Below are positions 54,807-63,527 of a stretch of 64,000 bases of DNA, piece after piece. Made by a program: the position numbers and the translations under genes. Position 1 is the first letter of the stretch; every line of letters begins with the position of its first letter. The stretch comes from Dehalococcoidia bacterium UBA5760 (GTDB lineage Bacteria; Chloroflexota; Dehalococcoidia; Dehalococcoidales; UBA5760). The notes below the pieces were generated by a model, which was given only the letters and a program-made list of their open reading frames with translations, did not search any database and was not told where the DNA came from. The stretch covers positions 21,891 to 85,890 of the forward strand of contig DIFA01000019.1 in assembly GCA_002418895.1 (NCBI GenBank). Direction: 5' to 3'.

Positions 54807-56468
54807 GTGATGAAACGATACGGCATTTTCTCCTCACTGGCATCAGGCGCTATCCTGTCCTGTCTGATGACAGCACTTTTCGTTGCACCCTCTTATGCTG
54901 CGGATAAGGGTACGCTGACCCTGGACGTAGACCAGGGTGAGATAGGTGATATCGTTGAGATCGACGGTTATGATTTCGATGCCAATACCAAGCTAAACAT
55001 ATACTTTTCCCGAGATAAGGCCAGTGTAGATGACCGCTTATCCAGCGAGCTTACCAGCTACGAAATGGCAGGGCTGGTTTCGGTTGACGAACGTGGCGAT
55101 TTCATCTCTCCGCACTCCTTTAAAATCCCTGAAGAACTCAACGACGGCAGGGATAGTGAAGAGGTATGGAGCGGGACCTACTACTTTTACGCCACCTATC
55201 GTAGTGAACAGTATATTGTGGCATCGGTAAAATTCACCGTTGCCAGCGGCGAAATCGAGCTGACGCCGGAGGAAGGTGCCGTCGGCAGTGAAGTCAGCAT
55301 CAGCGGTAATGATATGCGCCCCGACCAAAAAATCACCATCAAGTACGATGATAGCAAGGTTGACATAACGAGCGGCGATTCCGTCACCGATAGCAACGGC
55401 GAGTTCCTCTGTACCATCATTATTCCGGAGAGCACCGCCGGCTGCCACACCATAACCGCTACCGACGAGTCGGGCAATAAGCCCGGGACCGATTTTACGG
55501 TAAAACCCGAAATAACGCTGGACAAGTCGGCTCAGACAATCGACGGATCGGTAAAAGTTAGCGGCAGCGGCTTTGCTTACCGCTCCGATATCACCGTTAC
55601 TATCGACGGAGACAGGATTACGGTCACTCCGGTATCCCTGCGCACCAACCATTACGGCAGCTTTACGGGAAGCATCACCGTACCCTACTACTCCATCCAT
55701 GTGGGCGGCAAGCCCAGCAAGGTTACCGCCCATGACACCAACGCCAACTCGGCTTCAGCAGATTTAACCGTTTTACCTATCCCTGCCGGGATAATCCTCG
55801 AGCCGTCTACTAGCCTGGCCTCACCCGGCTACGTCGGAATGGAGCTTACCGTTACCGGTAACCACTTCACACCCGGCAGCAGCGTTACCATCGCCTATAA
55901 CGGCAGCATTAGCACTCATATCACAACTGTCTATGCTGATAACCTCGGGGATTTTTCAGTGACTTTTGTCGTCCCCGCCAGTACGGCCGGCATCCACCAG
56001 GTAACGGCAGCCGGCAGTGACGGCAGCATAAGCTCACCCTTTACTATGGAATCGAAGCCGCCGCCAATCCCGGTAACTCTAATACCTCAGGTTACCGCCA
56101 CCGCACCGGCAAGGACGCGCTTTGACTGGCAGGATGTTACCGACCCCAGCGGAGTGACCTATTCCCTCCAGATCGGGGCTGACAGCGACTTCAGTACCAT
56201 ACTGTTAGAGAAGGAGGGGCTGACCGGATCGGAATACACCCTTGCTGGAAAAGAGGAGCTCAAACCACGAGGTCAGGATACACCATACTACTGGAGGGTG
56301 AAGGCAATAGACGGCGCCTTCAACGAGAGCGGCTGGACTGCTCCCGGCTCATTCTATATCGTATCCTCGGCAACGCCATCATCAGCCTGGACCAAATACC
56401 TATGGATAGTAATCGGTGTGCTGGTTTTCTTCCTGATATACCAAATAAGGAGAGGGAGAACTGTGTAG
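54807..56468 (+). CDS. secreted, C-terminally membrane-anchored surface protein with about four Ig-like repeats and an FN3-like module
   Basis: 553 aa with an N-terminal signal peptide (…LFVAPSYAADKG). Repeated units follow the form G-x-V-x-I/V-SG-x-F...TD-x-x-G-x-F...P-x-S-T-A-G-x-H-x-V/I-TA. A YYWRVKAIDG segment is followed by a C-terminal TM helix and RRGRTV. A TTGACG-N17-TATGAT promoter-like element lies at 54710-54738. Confidence 0.75.
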   Translation: MMKRYGIFSSLASGAILSCLMTALFVAPSYAADKGTLTLDVDQGEIGDIVEIDGYDFDANTKLNIYFSRDKASVDDRLSSELTSYEMAGLVSVDERGDFISPHSFKIPEELNDGRDSEEVWSGTYYFYATYRSEQYIVASVKFTVASGEIELTPEEGAVGSEVSISGNDMRPDQKITIKYDDSKVDITSGDSVTDSNGEFLCTIIIPESTAGCHTITATDESGNKPGTDFTVKPEITLDKSAQTIDGSVKVSGSGFAYRSDITVTIDGDRITVTPVSLRTNHYGSFTGSITVPYYSIHVGGKPSKVTAHDTNANSASADLTVLPIPAGIILEPSTSLASPGYVGMELTVTGNHFTPGSSVTIAYNGSISTHITTVYADNLGDFSVTFVVPASTAGIHQVTAAGSDGSISSPFTMESKPPPIPVTLIPQVTATAPARTRFDWQDVTDPSGVTYSLQIGADSDFSTILLEKEGLTGSEYTLAGKEELKPRGQDTPYYWRVKAIDGAFNESGWTAPGSFYIVSSATPSSAWTKYLWIVIGVLVFFLIYQIRRGRTV

Positions 56469-56640
56469 CCGGGTCCCACCGGTCGTTATTCACTTTTCAG
56501 GCCGTCAATACTGGACTATCGTGACAGGCTTTGCTATCATTTACTACTAGCCCATTCGGGGGATTGTACCCGGCACGAGAGTAAGGTAGCATAGGGAAGG
56601 ATAAGGTTAGGACAGTTTAAGGGAGGAGGGAAAGGGAGAA

Positions 56641-56841
56641 ATGACCAATAGCAAGATCAACCCTATGCTGACCACAAGCGACGTAGCCCGCCTGCTCAAC
56701 GTCCACATCAACACAGTAAGGCGCTGGAGCAACCAGGGGATAATTAAGACCTATCGCATCGGCGCCCGGGGTGACCGCCGGTTCGACCGCAAAGATATCG
56801 AGCATTTTCTCCGCCAAAATAAGAATCGAGCAGGCTGTTGA
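56641..56841 (+). CDS. excisionase/MerR-like helix-turn-helix DNA-binding protein
   Basis: 66 aa after GGGAGGAGGGAAAGGGAG. LTTSDVARLLNVHINTVRRWSNQG is a typical HTH_17-type motif. Confidence 0.75.
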   Translation: MTNSKINPMLTTSDVARLLNVHINTVRRWSNQGIIKTYRIGARGDRRFDRKDIEHFLRQNKNRAGC

Positions 56842-56847
56842 GCCGGA

Positions 56848-56881
56848 CATTCTCACCGGATGGACCCGGTGCCTGAGAATG
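56848..56881 (+). terminator. long hairpin after the HTH gene (possible terminator)
   Basis: CATTCTCACCGG-ATGGAC-CCGGTG-CC-TGAGAATG, followed by GCAGTAGATTATTTGTT. Confidence 0.4.
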
Positions 56882-56931
56882 GCAGTAGATTATTTGTTAA
56901 ACATAATATAATGTATAGATATATATAATAG

Positions 56932-56940
56932 TGATATAAT
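56932..56940 (+). promoter_or_regulatory. extended -10 element upstream of the response regulator gene
   Basis: TGATATAAT (TGnTATAAT) within an AT-rich stretch that carries three TATAAT hexamers. Confidence 0.4.
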
Positions 56941-56993
56941 ACAACATTAGTATCTCTATATCCATAAAATACCTGACTGAAGAGGTAGCTTGA

Positions 56994-57692
56994 GTGAATA
57001 AGATAATCGTAATGATAATTGATGAACAGCCCTTTTTCCGGACCGGCGTTCGTCAGGTATTGTCCCAGGAGTCTGACTTCAAGATACTGGACTGCGACCC
57101 GATTCAGGACCCGTTAGGAATGATCGAAGCCAACATGCCCAACATAGTCCTGCTCGGCTCGGACCTTGGTGCACACAGCGGTCTGGAACTGGGCCGAAGA
57201 ATTGCCCGCTACTACCCGAACACCAGGGTAATAATGTTGAGCCCCAACCCCAACGATGAAGAGCTTTTTGAGGTTATCAAGACCGCGGCCGTCGCCTGCC
57301 TGAGCAAGAATGCTAATACAACAGAGCTGATCAGCACCATCAGACGGGCCTGCCGGGGTGAATACCCGATAAACGATAGCGTCCTAAACCGGCCCCGAAT
57401 CGCCGGCCGCGTTCTGGAGCAATTTCAGAGCACCTCGCCGATATCAAAAACAATGGAGTCAATAATCGCTCCTCTCACCAACCGGGAGACGCAGATTATG
57501 AGATACATCGCCGACGGCAACACCAACAAGGAAATCGGGCTGGCTCTGGGCATCAGTGAGCAGACTATTAAAAGCCATGTCAGTGCTATTCTGCGAAAGC
57601 TGAATGCCAACGACAGGGCACACGCGGTCGCCCTCGCCATACGCAGCAGCCTGATTTCACCGGAAAGCAGGAAACAAGAGCCGTCTCAATAA
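56994..57692 (+). CDS. LuxR/NarL-family response regulator with atypical receiver domain
   Basis: The receiver is IIDEQPFFRTGVRQVLS...NIVLLGSDLGAHSG...IMLS...CLSK. The C-terminal HTH is LTNRETQIMRYIADGNTNKEIG...TIKSHV. GTG start 8 nt after AGAGG. Confidence 0.85.
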   Translation: MNKIIVMIIDEQPFFRTGVRQVLSQESDFKILDCDPIQDPLGMIEANMPNIVLLGSDLGAHSGLELGRRIARYYPNTRVIMLSPNPNDEELFEVIKTAAVACLSKNANTTELISTIRRACRGEYPINDSVLNRPRIAGRVLEQFQSTSPISKTMESIIAPLTNRETQIMRYIADGNTNKEIGLALGISEQTIKSHVSAILRKLNANDRAHAVALAIRSSLISPESRKQEPSQ

Positions 57693-57759
57693 ACGGCTCT
57701 AATAAAATCCAAATGACGGCTGCCAGGGTAATCAGCCAGGCGGTTTAAGAACAAAGAAG

Positions 57760-59397
57760 ATGGACAATAATAGAAAGAAAGCCGGGGATAACGCCGATAC
57801 TCTTGATTTCAGCAAATCGAAAGACTTCACCGGGGAGCAATCGAAGGAGAGATCACAGCTGCGGCCGGAAGATGAAACGACGCGCGATACTCCGGCCCAG
57901 CAGCTAAGACAGGTTATTCCCGCTGAGGTGTTACAGCTTATTCCCGAGGTCATGGCAAGGCGGTACAACGCCATCCCCATCAGCGTATCCGGCCATACCC
58001 TGAAGGTCGCCATGGCAAATCCGACCGACATCTTCGCCCTGGAGGCATTCTCGGCGAACAGCAAGAAGAGAATCAAGCCGGTACCTGCCGATGCCAAGGA
58101 CATCAGGAGCGCCATCGACTTCAACTACAAGAACTATGGCGAGATCGAAAAACAGATTTCCAGCATTGCTATTCCTTCCGACGCTCTTGACGAAAGGCTT
58201 GCCATCGATGCCGTTGTCGATGCACCGCTGGCACAGGCGCTTAACCTTATCATCGAAGAAGCCGTTCGCTCCCGCTCATCCGATATCCACATCGAGCCGC
58301 AAGAGGACCGGGTAAGAATACGCTACCGCATTGACGGCACACTGCATGATATGATGTCCCTTCCGCTTAACATCCACCGGGCCATTATATCCCGCATTAA
58401 GATACTGGCCGATATGAACATCGCCGACCATCACCACTCTCAGGACGGTCAGTTTTCCACCAAGGCCAAAGGGCGTGATATTGATATCCGGGTGGCTACC
58501 GTTCCCACCGTTCTCGGCGAGATGGCAGTGCTGCGCCTCCTGGACAAATCGCAGGCTGTCCTCGGGCTGTCCGAGCTGGGCTTCCTACCTGACAGCCTGG
58601 AGAAATACGAGAACCTGCTCAAGGTCCCCTACGGGATGATACTAATCAGCGGTCCTACCGGAGCCGGAAAGACGACCACGCTCTATGCCTCCATCAACTC
58701 ACTGGACACGATAGGCAGAAACATAGTCACTATTGAAGACCCTGCCGAGTACCGTTTTCATGACATCAACCAGATTCAGGTCAACCCCCAGGCTGGCATC
58801 ACCTTTGCCAGGGGGCTGCGGGCAATACTCCGTCTTGACCCCGATATCATTATGGTCGGCGAGATACGTGATATCGAGACGACCAACATCGCCGTCCAGT
58901 CGGCTCTTACCGGACACCTGATGCTCTCTTCCATCCATGCCAGCGATGCCGCCGGCGTGCTTACCCGTCTCATCGACCTGGATGTGGAGCCATTCTTGAT
59001 CGCATCGTCGGTTATCGGCGTCGTTGCACAGCGGATGGTACGCCGCATATGCCCTGACTGCGCTCACCTGATTGAAGCACCGATGGTAGAGCAGGCGGCA
59101 TACCAGAGGGAGATGTCAGATAGCAGGAAGGAATTCTACTACGGCACCGGCTGTGCCTCCTGCTCCTATACCGGCTACCTCGGCCGTACCGGAATATTCG
59201 AGATACTGCTGATCAGCGACAGTATCAGGACACTCGTTATTAAACAGGCCTCGAGCAGCGAGATTCGTGCCCAGGCGATTGCCGAAGGTATGATCCCGAT
59301 GATGGGTGACGGCATGCGCAAGGTAAAGGAGGGCATCACCACTCCCGCCGAGGTGCTGCGCAGCGCCTACTCTCCCGATTTAAAGCCTTTAGGTTGA
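57760..59397 (+). CDS. pilB: type IV pilus / type II secretion assembly ATPase (PilB/GspE family)
   Basis: T2SE N-terminal domain, GPTGAGKTTT Walker A, DPDIIMVGEIRD Walker B, and the CPDC...CASC tetracysteine motif. Confidence 0.9.
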   Translation: MDNNRKKAGDNADTLDFSKSKDFTGEQSKERSQLRPEDETTRDTPAQQLRQVIPAEVLQLIPEVMARRYNAIPISVSGHTLKVAMANPTDIFALEAFSANSKKRIKPVPADAKDIRSAIDFNYKNYGEIEKQISSIAIPSDALDERLAIDAVVDAPLAQALNLIIEEAVRSRSSDIHIEPQEDRVRIRYRIDGTLHDMMSLPLNIHRAIISRIKILADMNIADHHHSQDGQFSTKAKGRDIDIRVATVPTVLGEMAVLRLLDKSQAVLGLSELGFLPDSLEKYENLLKVPYGMILISGPTGAGKTTTLYASINSLDTIGRNIVTIEDPAEYRFHDINQIQVNPQAGITFARGLRAILRLDPDIIMVGEIRDIETTNIAVQSALTGHLMLSSIHASDAAGVLTRLIDLDVEPFLIASSVIGVVAQRMVRRICPDCAHLIEAPMVEQAAYQREMSDSRKEFYYGTGCASCSYTGYLGRTGIFEILLISDSIRTLVIKQASSSEIRAQAIAEGMIPMMGDGMRKVKEGITTPAEVLRSAYSPDLKPLG

Positions 59398-59401
59398 AAA
59401 A

Positions 59402-60607
59402 ATGAAATATGCTTATGTAGCCTACACCAAAAACAAAAAAATGGTTAAGGGCCAGCTGGAGGCCAACAGCGAAGAAGCCGCCGCCAATCTGCTGGGTTAC
59501 GGCGGCTACCAGGTGCTCAGTCTGAAAGAGGTAGTTCCCTTCTTTGACCGTGAGCAGATGTTTGCCCGCTTCAGCCGGATCAAGCCGTCGGAGATGGTGA
59601 TGTTCTCCCGCCAGCTGGCCTTGCTGCTTGAGTCCGGCACCGATATCGTCACCTCGCTGGAACTGCTGCAAGACCAGGTAACCAACTCGAGCCTCAAGAA
59701 GATTATTGCTCAAGTTATCTCCGATATTCGCGGCGGCAGCTCGCTATCGGCAGCGATAAGCAAACACCCTCGTGCTTTCTCACAGCTATACTACCGGGCT
59801 ATGGCGGCCGGCGAGCAGGGCGGCAACCTGGAAGTGGTTCTACGACAGATGGCCGACCATATTGAGAGAGCAGCGTTAACAGAAAAGAAGGTAAGGGGAG
59901 CCCTGATGTATCCCCTGGTTGTTATCATTGTAGCCATCGCTGTGGTATCCATGCTGGTTACCCTGGTATTACCCCATTTCAGCGACCTCTACCGCGCTAT
60001 GGGCTCGGACCTGCCCATTTTACCCAGGATGCTCATCGGCTTCAGCGACTGGGCACAAAAGTACGGGCTCTATGTTTTGATCGGTATCATCGGGGCCTTC
60101 GGCGGTATCACTGTCTATATCAGGACCGCCACGGGCAAGTACCGCTGGGATAAGTTTATGCTTAATGTACCGCTTATCGGACGCATCAACCTGCTCAATC
60201 AGCTCTCCCGCTGCTGCCGGACAATTTCTCTGCTCTTCCGGGTCGGCGTGCCCCTGCCTGAAATTATCAGCGTTACCATCTACAGTACCACCAACAAGAT
60301 AATAGAAGAAGCTTTAAGCGGGGTGCAGGGTGATCTACTCAGGGGCGAAGGCCTGTCCCGGCCGATGTCGAAAAGAAAGGTCTTCCTACCCCTGATGGTA
60401 CAGATGACCAGTGTCGGTGAAGAGACCGGTAATCTCGATAAAACACTGGCTACCGTCGCCGATAGCTACGAAACCGAGTCGGCCGACAGAACCAGTGCCG
60501 CCGTCGGCATGATTCAGCCGGTAATGACGATCATCGTCGGGCTGATAGTCGCTTTCGTCGCCGTCGCCTTGATTACCGCAATGTACTCGATATACGACCA
60601 GTTTTAG
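59402..60607 (+). CDS. pilC: type IV pilus platform protein (PilC/GspF family)
   Basis: 401 aa with two T2SF repeats and three TM segments. Confidence 0.9.
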   Translation: MKYAYVAYTKNKKMVKGQLEANSEEAAANLLGYGGYQVLSLKEVVPFFDREQMFARFSRIKPSEMVMFSRQLALLLESGTDIVTSLELLQDQVTNSSLKKIIAQVISDIRGGSSLSAAISKHPRAFSQLYYRAMAAGEQGGNLEVVLRQMADHIERAALTEKKVRGALMYPLVVIIVAIAVVSMLVTLVLPHFSDLYRAMGSDLPILPRMLIGFSDWAQKYGLYVLIGIIGAFGGITVYIRTATGKYRWDKFMLNVPLIGRINLLNQLSRCCRTISLLFRVGVPLPEIISVTIYSTTNKIIEEALSGVQGDLLRGEGLSRPMSKRKVFLPLMVQMTSVGEETGNLDKTLATVADSYETESADRTSAAVGMIQPVMTIIVGLIVAFVAVALITAMYSIYDQF

Positions 60608-60626
60608 TAACAGGAATAATCATGAG

Positions 60627-61040
60627 ATGAAAAGCGAAAAGGGCTTTACCCTGATCATGGTGCTGGTCGCCATCGCCATACTGGGTCTGATAGCCGTCAT
60701 CTTCGCCGGCGGCATCTCTACGGGCGCCAAGTCAGTCTTCGTAAGCGACGAGCGGGTTACCGCGGAGAGCCTGGCCAGAAGCCAGTTGGAGAGTATCAAG
60801 AACCAGACTTATATTTATTATTCCGATGACCCGCACGATACGTATGAAATAATAAGCACCCCCGACGGCTATATTATCAACCTCGATGTGATTCCCTTCG
60901 ACCCGGATACCGCAACCCCCTACAGCGATAGTGACGGGATTTTTGACGGTGATGACGGCATACAGAAGATAACGGTAACGATTGACCACCATGACAAATA
61001 CGCCGTATTTACCCTGGAGGGTTACAAGGTGGACCGATGA
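60627..61040 (+). CDS. prepilin-type N-terminal cleavage/methylation domain protein (Met instead of Glu at +5)
   Basis: MKSEKG/FTLIMVLVAIAILGL, a class III signal peptide with a hydrophobic helix. Confidence 0.75.
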   Translation: MKSEKGFTLIMVLVAIAILGLIAVIFAGGISTGAKSVFVSDERVTAESLARSQLESIKNQTYIYYSDDPHDTYEIISTPDGYIINLDVIPFDPDTATPYSDSDGIFDGDDGIQKITVTIDHHDKYAVFTLEGYKVDR

Positions 61041-61597
61041 TTACGCGTATTTCGGGGCTGCTGCGCAAAGACCAGCGAGGGTTTACCCTGATCGAAATAC
61101 TGATCGTGGTCGCCATCGGCAGTGCTATCGCCGTGGTAGGCAGTATGGCAACCCGTCAGGTAATGCTGGAAACCGTCCGCAACAATAACCATGAGATTGC
61201 GGTGAGACAGGTACAGAACGCCGGATTCCGGATAACCCGTGACACCCAGACTGCCCAAACCGTAGTAGTCGAAGAGGATGCGGACGGCCTGCCCCTTACC
61301 CTGACCTGGCAGGATTTTGAGGGTATTAACGAATACCAGGTGGTCTATTCCCTGGAGGAAATTGACGGAGTGATCAACCTGAAACGGGAGCACTACACCA
61401 ACAGAGCCGACAACCCGGATCCCGATGGCACCAGCTATGTCGCCAAATACATTGATCCCGATCCGCTGAAGACCAGTTGTACTTTTGCTAATCCCGTGTT
61501 AACATTTACGGTAACCGCTACCGTGGGCGGCGGCTCGATGCAGGAGCAGAGCGAAACCAGGGTATATCAGATTGTCCGCAGGCCTGACGGCACTTGA
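61037..61597 (+). CDS. prepilin-type N-terminal cleavage/methylation domain protein
   Basis: RKDQRG/FTLIEILIVVAIGS with the canonical Glu5. ATGA overlap with the previous gene. Confidence 0.75.
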   Translation: MITRISGLLRKDQRGFTLIEILIVVAIGSAIAVVGSMATRQVMLETVRNNNHEIAVRQVQNAGFRITRDTQTAQTVVVEEDADGLPLTLTWQDFEGINEYQVVYSLEEIDGVINLKREHYTNRADNPDPDGTSYVAKYIDPDPLKTSCTFANPVLTFTVTATVGGGSMQEQSETRVYQIVRRPDGT

Positions 61598-61620
61598 TGG
61601 CGAGTCAGGAGGGTAAGGAA

Positions 61621-62733
61621 ATGATAAGGAGAATATTCAATAAGCTAAATAAGGAGCGGGGTGTTGTTCTGATTGTCGTCCTCATTCTCCTGGCAGTGGG
61701 CGGGCTCACAATTGCGCCGATGCTGTCCCATATGAGCACCGGGCTGAAGGCCGGTCAGACATACGAGAAGAAAACCGACCAGTACTATACCGCCGACGCC
61801 GGAGTGGAGAACGCCCTCTGGCAAATAACCCGGGAACAGCGCCTCCCCGAGTTTCCCAGTGAGCAAGGCGACCAGTGGCCGTATACGATCGAAGACCTGA
61901 ACGGTAAAAGCATTACCGTGACCATAGAGTACACGGGAAAGGATGCCGAGGGAAACGATATCTATAAAATCGATTCTACTGCCAGCGATGACAGCGGCGA
62001 TACCGCCATCGAGTCCTACGTCATTGTTACTAGCATCCCCATTTTTGATGGTGCTTTAGTGAGCAAGTATGATATCACTCTAGGTAAAAACTGCTCAGTA
62101 ACAGGTAATATTACATGCGGGGGAACCCTCACCACCGGCGGCGGTTTCATTCATGACGGAGACCTATTTGAAGGCGAAGAAGTAGAATTTCCGTCGCAAG
62201 AAGAAAATGAGGCTTTCGCTCAAACATATCGGGAAGAAGCACAGGCCGGGGGCACCTATCCTGGAGACTATCCCATACCTATGGGCACTACTATGGATCT
62301 GGGCCCCCTTTACATTACCGGTAATCTTAATATACTCAAAGACTGTACGATAAACCTTACCGGAACTATCTTCGTTGAAGGCAGCATTGATGTTGATAAG
62401 GGTGCTGAAATCACTGGGGTAGGGAGCATAGTTGCCGTAGGTGATATTTATTTAGCCAAATTATCTGACTATGGGAGTGAATCCAGCATCATAATGTCTC
62501 TGAACGGTGATATCACCTTCAAGAAGGAGGCTACTATTGGAGCAGTGATATACGCACCTAATGGTACCGTTAGCTTCGATAAGGATGCCACCGTAACCGG
62601 AATGATAGTTGCACAGAGTATTCAATCAGACAAGGATTCTACGTTCACTTACAACCCTGATGATAGTAGTTTGATAAAATTGCCGGGTTCTACTTTCGGA
62701 GAGATGAAAATCCGCACCTGGGAGACCAGCTAA
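61621..62733 (+). CDS. PilX-N-like pilus protein with large repetitive (beta-helix-like) C-terminal region
   Basis: ERGVVLIVVLILLAVGGLTIAPML...YYTADAGVENALWQI resembles the PilX N-terminal domain. I chose the start at ATG 61621, 7 nt after AGGAGGG. The track start at 61594 is also possible. Confidence 0.65.
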   Translation: MIRRIFNKLNKERGVVLIVVLILLAVGGLTIAPMLSHMSTGLKAGQTYEKKTDQYYTADAGVENALWQITREQRLPEFPSEQGDQWPYTIEDLNGKSITVTIEYTGKDAEGNDIYKIDSTASDDSGDTAIESYVIVTSIPIFDGALVSKYDITLGKNCSVTGNITCGGTLTTGGGFIHDGDLFEGEEVEFPSQEENEAFAQTYREEAQAGGTYPGDYPIPMGTTMDLGPLYITGNLNILKDCTINLTGTIFVEGSIDVDKGAEITGVGSIVAVGDIYLAKLSDYGSESSIIMSLNGDITFKKEATIGAVIYAPNGTVSFDKDATVTGMIVAQSIQSDKDSTFTYNPDDSSLIKLPGSTFGEMKIRTWETS

Positions 62734-62748
62734 ATTGAGGAATATTAA

Positions 62749-63525
62749 ATGAAACTGGGTAGAACAGCCCGGATTGTACTGATAGTGGGCGCTTTTATCG
62801 TCGCCTTTTTTGTTATCAACCAGATGAAAGAGGAAGCGGAGAGCGAGCAACGTTCCCTGAACGTACAGATCCAGCTGGTTCAGACCATACTGCCCAAGCT
62901 CGCCGCTGAAAAAGCGGACCTGCAGGAACGTATTGTCCTGCTTGAGAGCGAGCTGGCTGAAGCCGCCGCATCGCTTGAGGAGAGCCGGGCGGAATTCCCT
63001 CACGATATCCAGAGCATCGAATACGATGAAATACTGTTCGACATCGCCCACCAGCGGGACCTGGATATCATCATCCTTACCGTATCCGAGCCAGCTTCAC
63101 AAAAGGTAGAGGTTACCGTTCAACCGGCCGACCCGCAGGCAAAGAGTGTTACCTACACCGTCACCTACACCGTTACCAACTTCAACATAGTGGTCGAGGG
63201 CCAGCCGGTAGAACCTGCCCCGGAAGAAACGAATGAGTTCCGCGACTATATCTATCAGACCGTAGACGACATACTGAGCTACTTTAATTCAATCGCGACC
63301 GGTAAGGACTTCACTACGGCGAACGTAGCTTCTGTAGATATCAACATTCCGGAACCATGTAAGGAACAGTCCTTGGCTATCACCATCCCGACCTGTGCCG
63401 CACTGGAACGAGCCGAAATCGGAGAAGAGGAAGAGACAATAACGGAAGACACAACATCAATGGAAGCCGTACCGGCAAAGGCGATTATTAATCTTGTCAT
63501 ATACAGCTACGAAGGTAGTGAGTAA
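62749..63525 (+). CDS. PilO/GspM-like bitopic coiled-coil pilus assembly protein (tentative)
   Basis: 258 aa with an N-terminal TM helix, a long coiled-coil (LQERIVLLESELAEAAASLEESR) and its position inside the pilus operon. The family call is by architecture only. Confidence 0.5.
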   Translation: MKLGRTARIVLIVGAFIVAFFVINQMKEEAESEQRSLNVQIQLVQTILPKLAAEKADLQERIVLLESELAEAAASLEESRAEFPHDIQSIEYDEILFDIAHQRDLDIIILTVSEPASQKVEVTVQPADPQAKSVTYTVTYTVTNFNIVVEGQPVEPAPEETNEFRDYIYQTVDDILSYFNSIATGKDFTTANVASVDINIPEPCKEQSLAITIPTCAALERAEIGEEEETITEDTTSMEAVPAKAIINLVIYSYEGSE

Positions 63526-63527
63526 CT

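Noticed and set aside
55038-55733. 231-aa minus-strand ORF inside the surface-protein gene
   Set aside because: It is antisense to a frame with signal peptide, periodic domain repeats and a TM anchor. The repeat structure of the sense gene explains the long open antisense frame.
54540-57000. Possible integrated element at tRNA-Asp (a tRNA followed by a surface protein and an excisionase-like HTH)
   Set aside because: There is no integrase or recombinase gene. I saw no repeat of the tRNA 3' end downstream, and no obvious compositional break apart from the short AT-rich promoter region.
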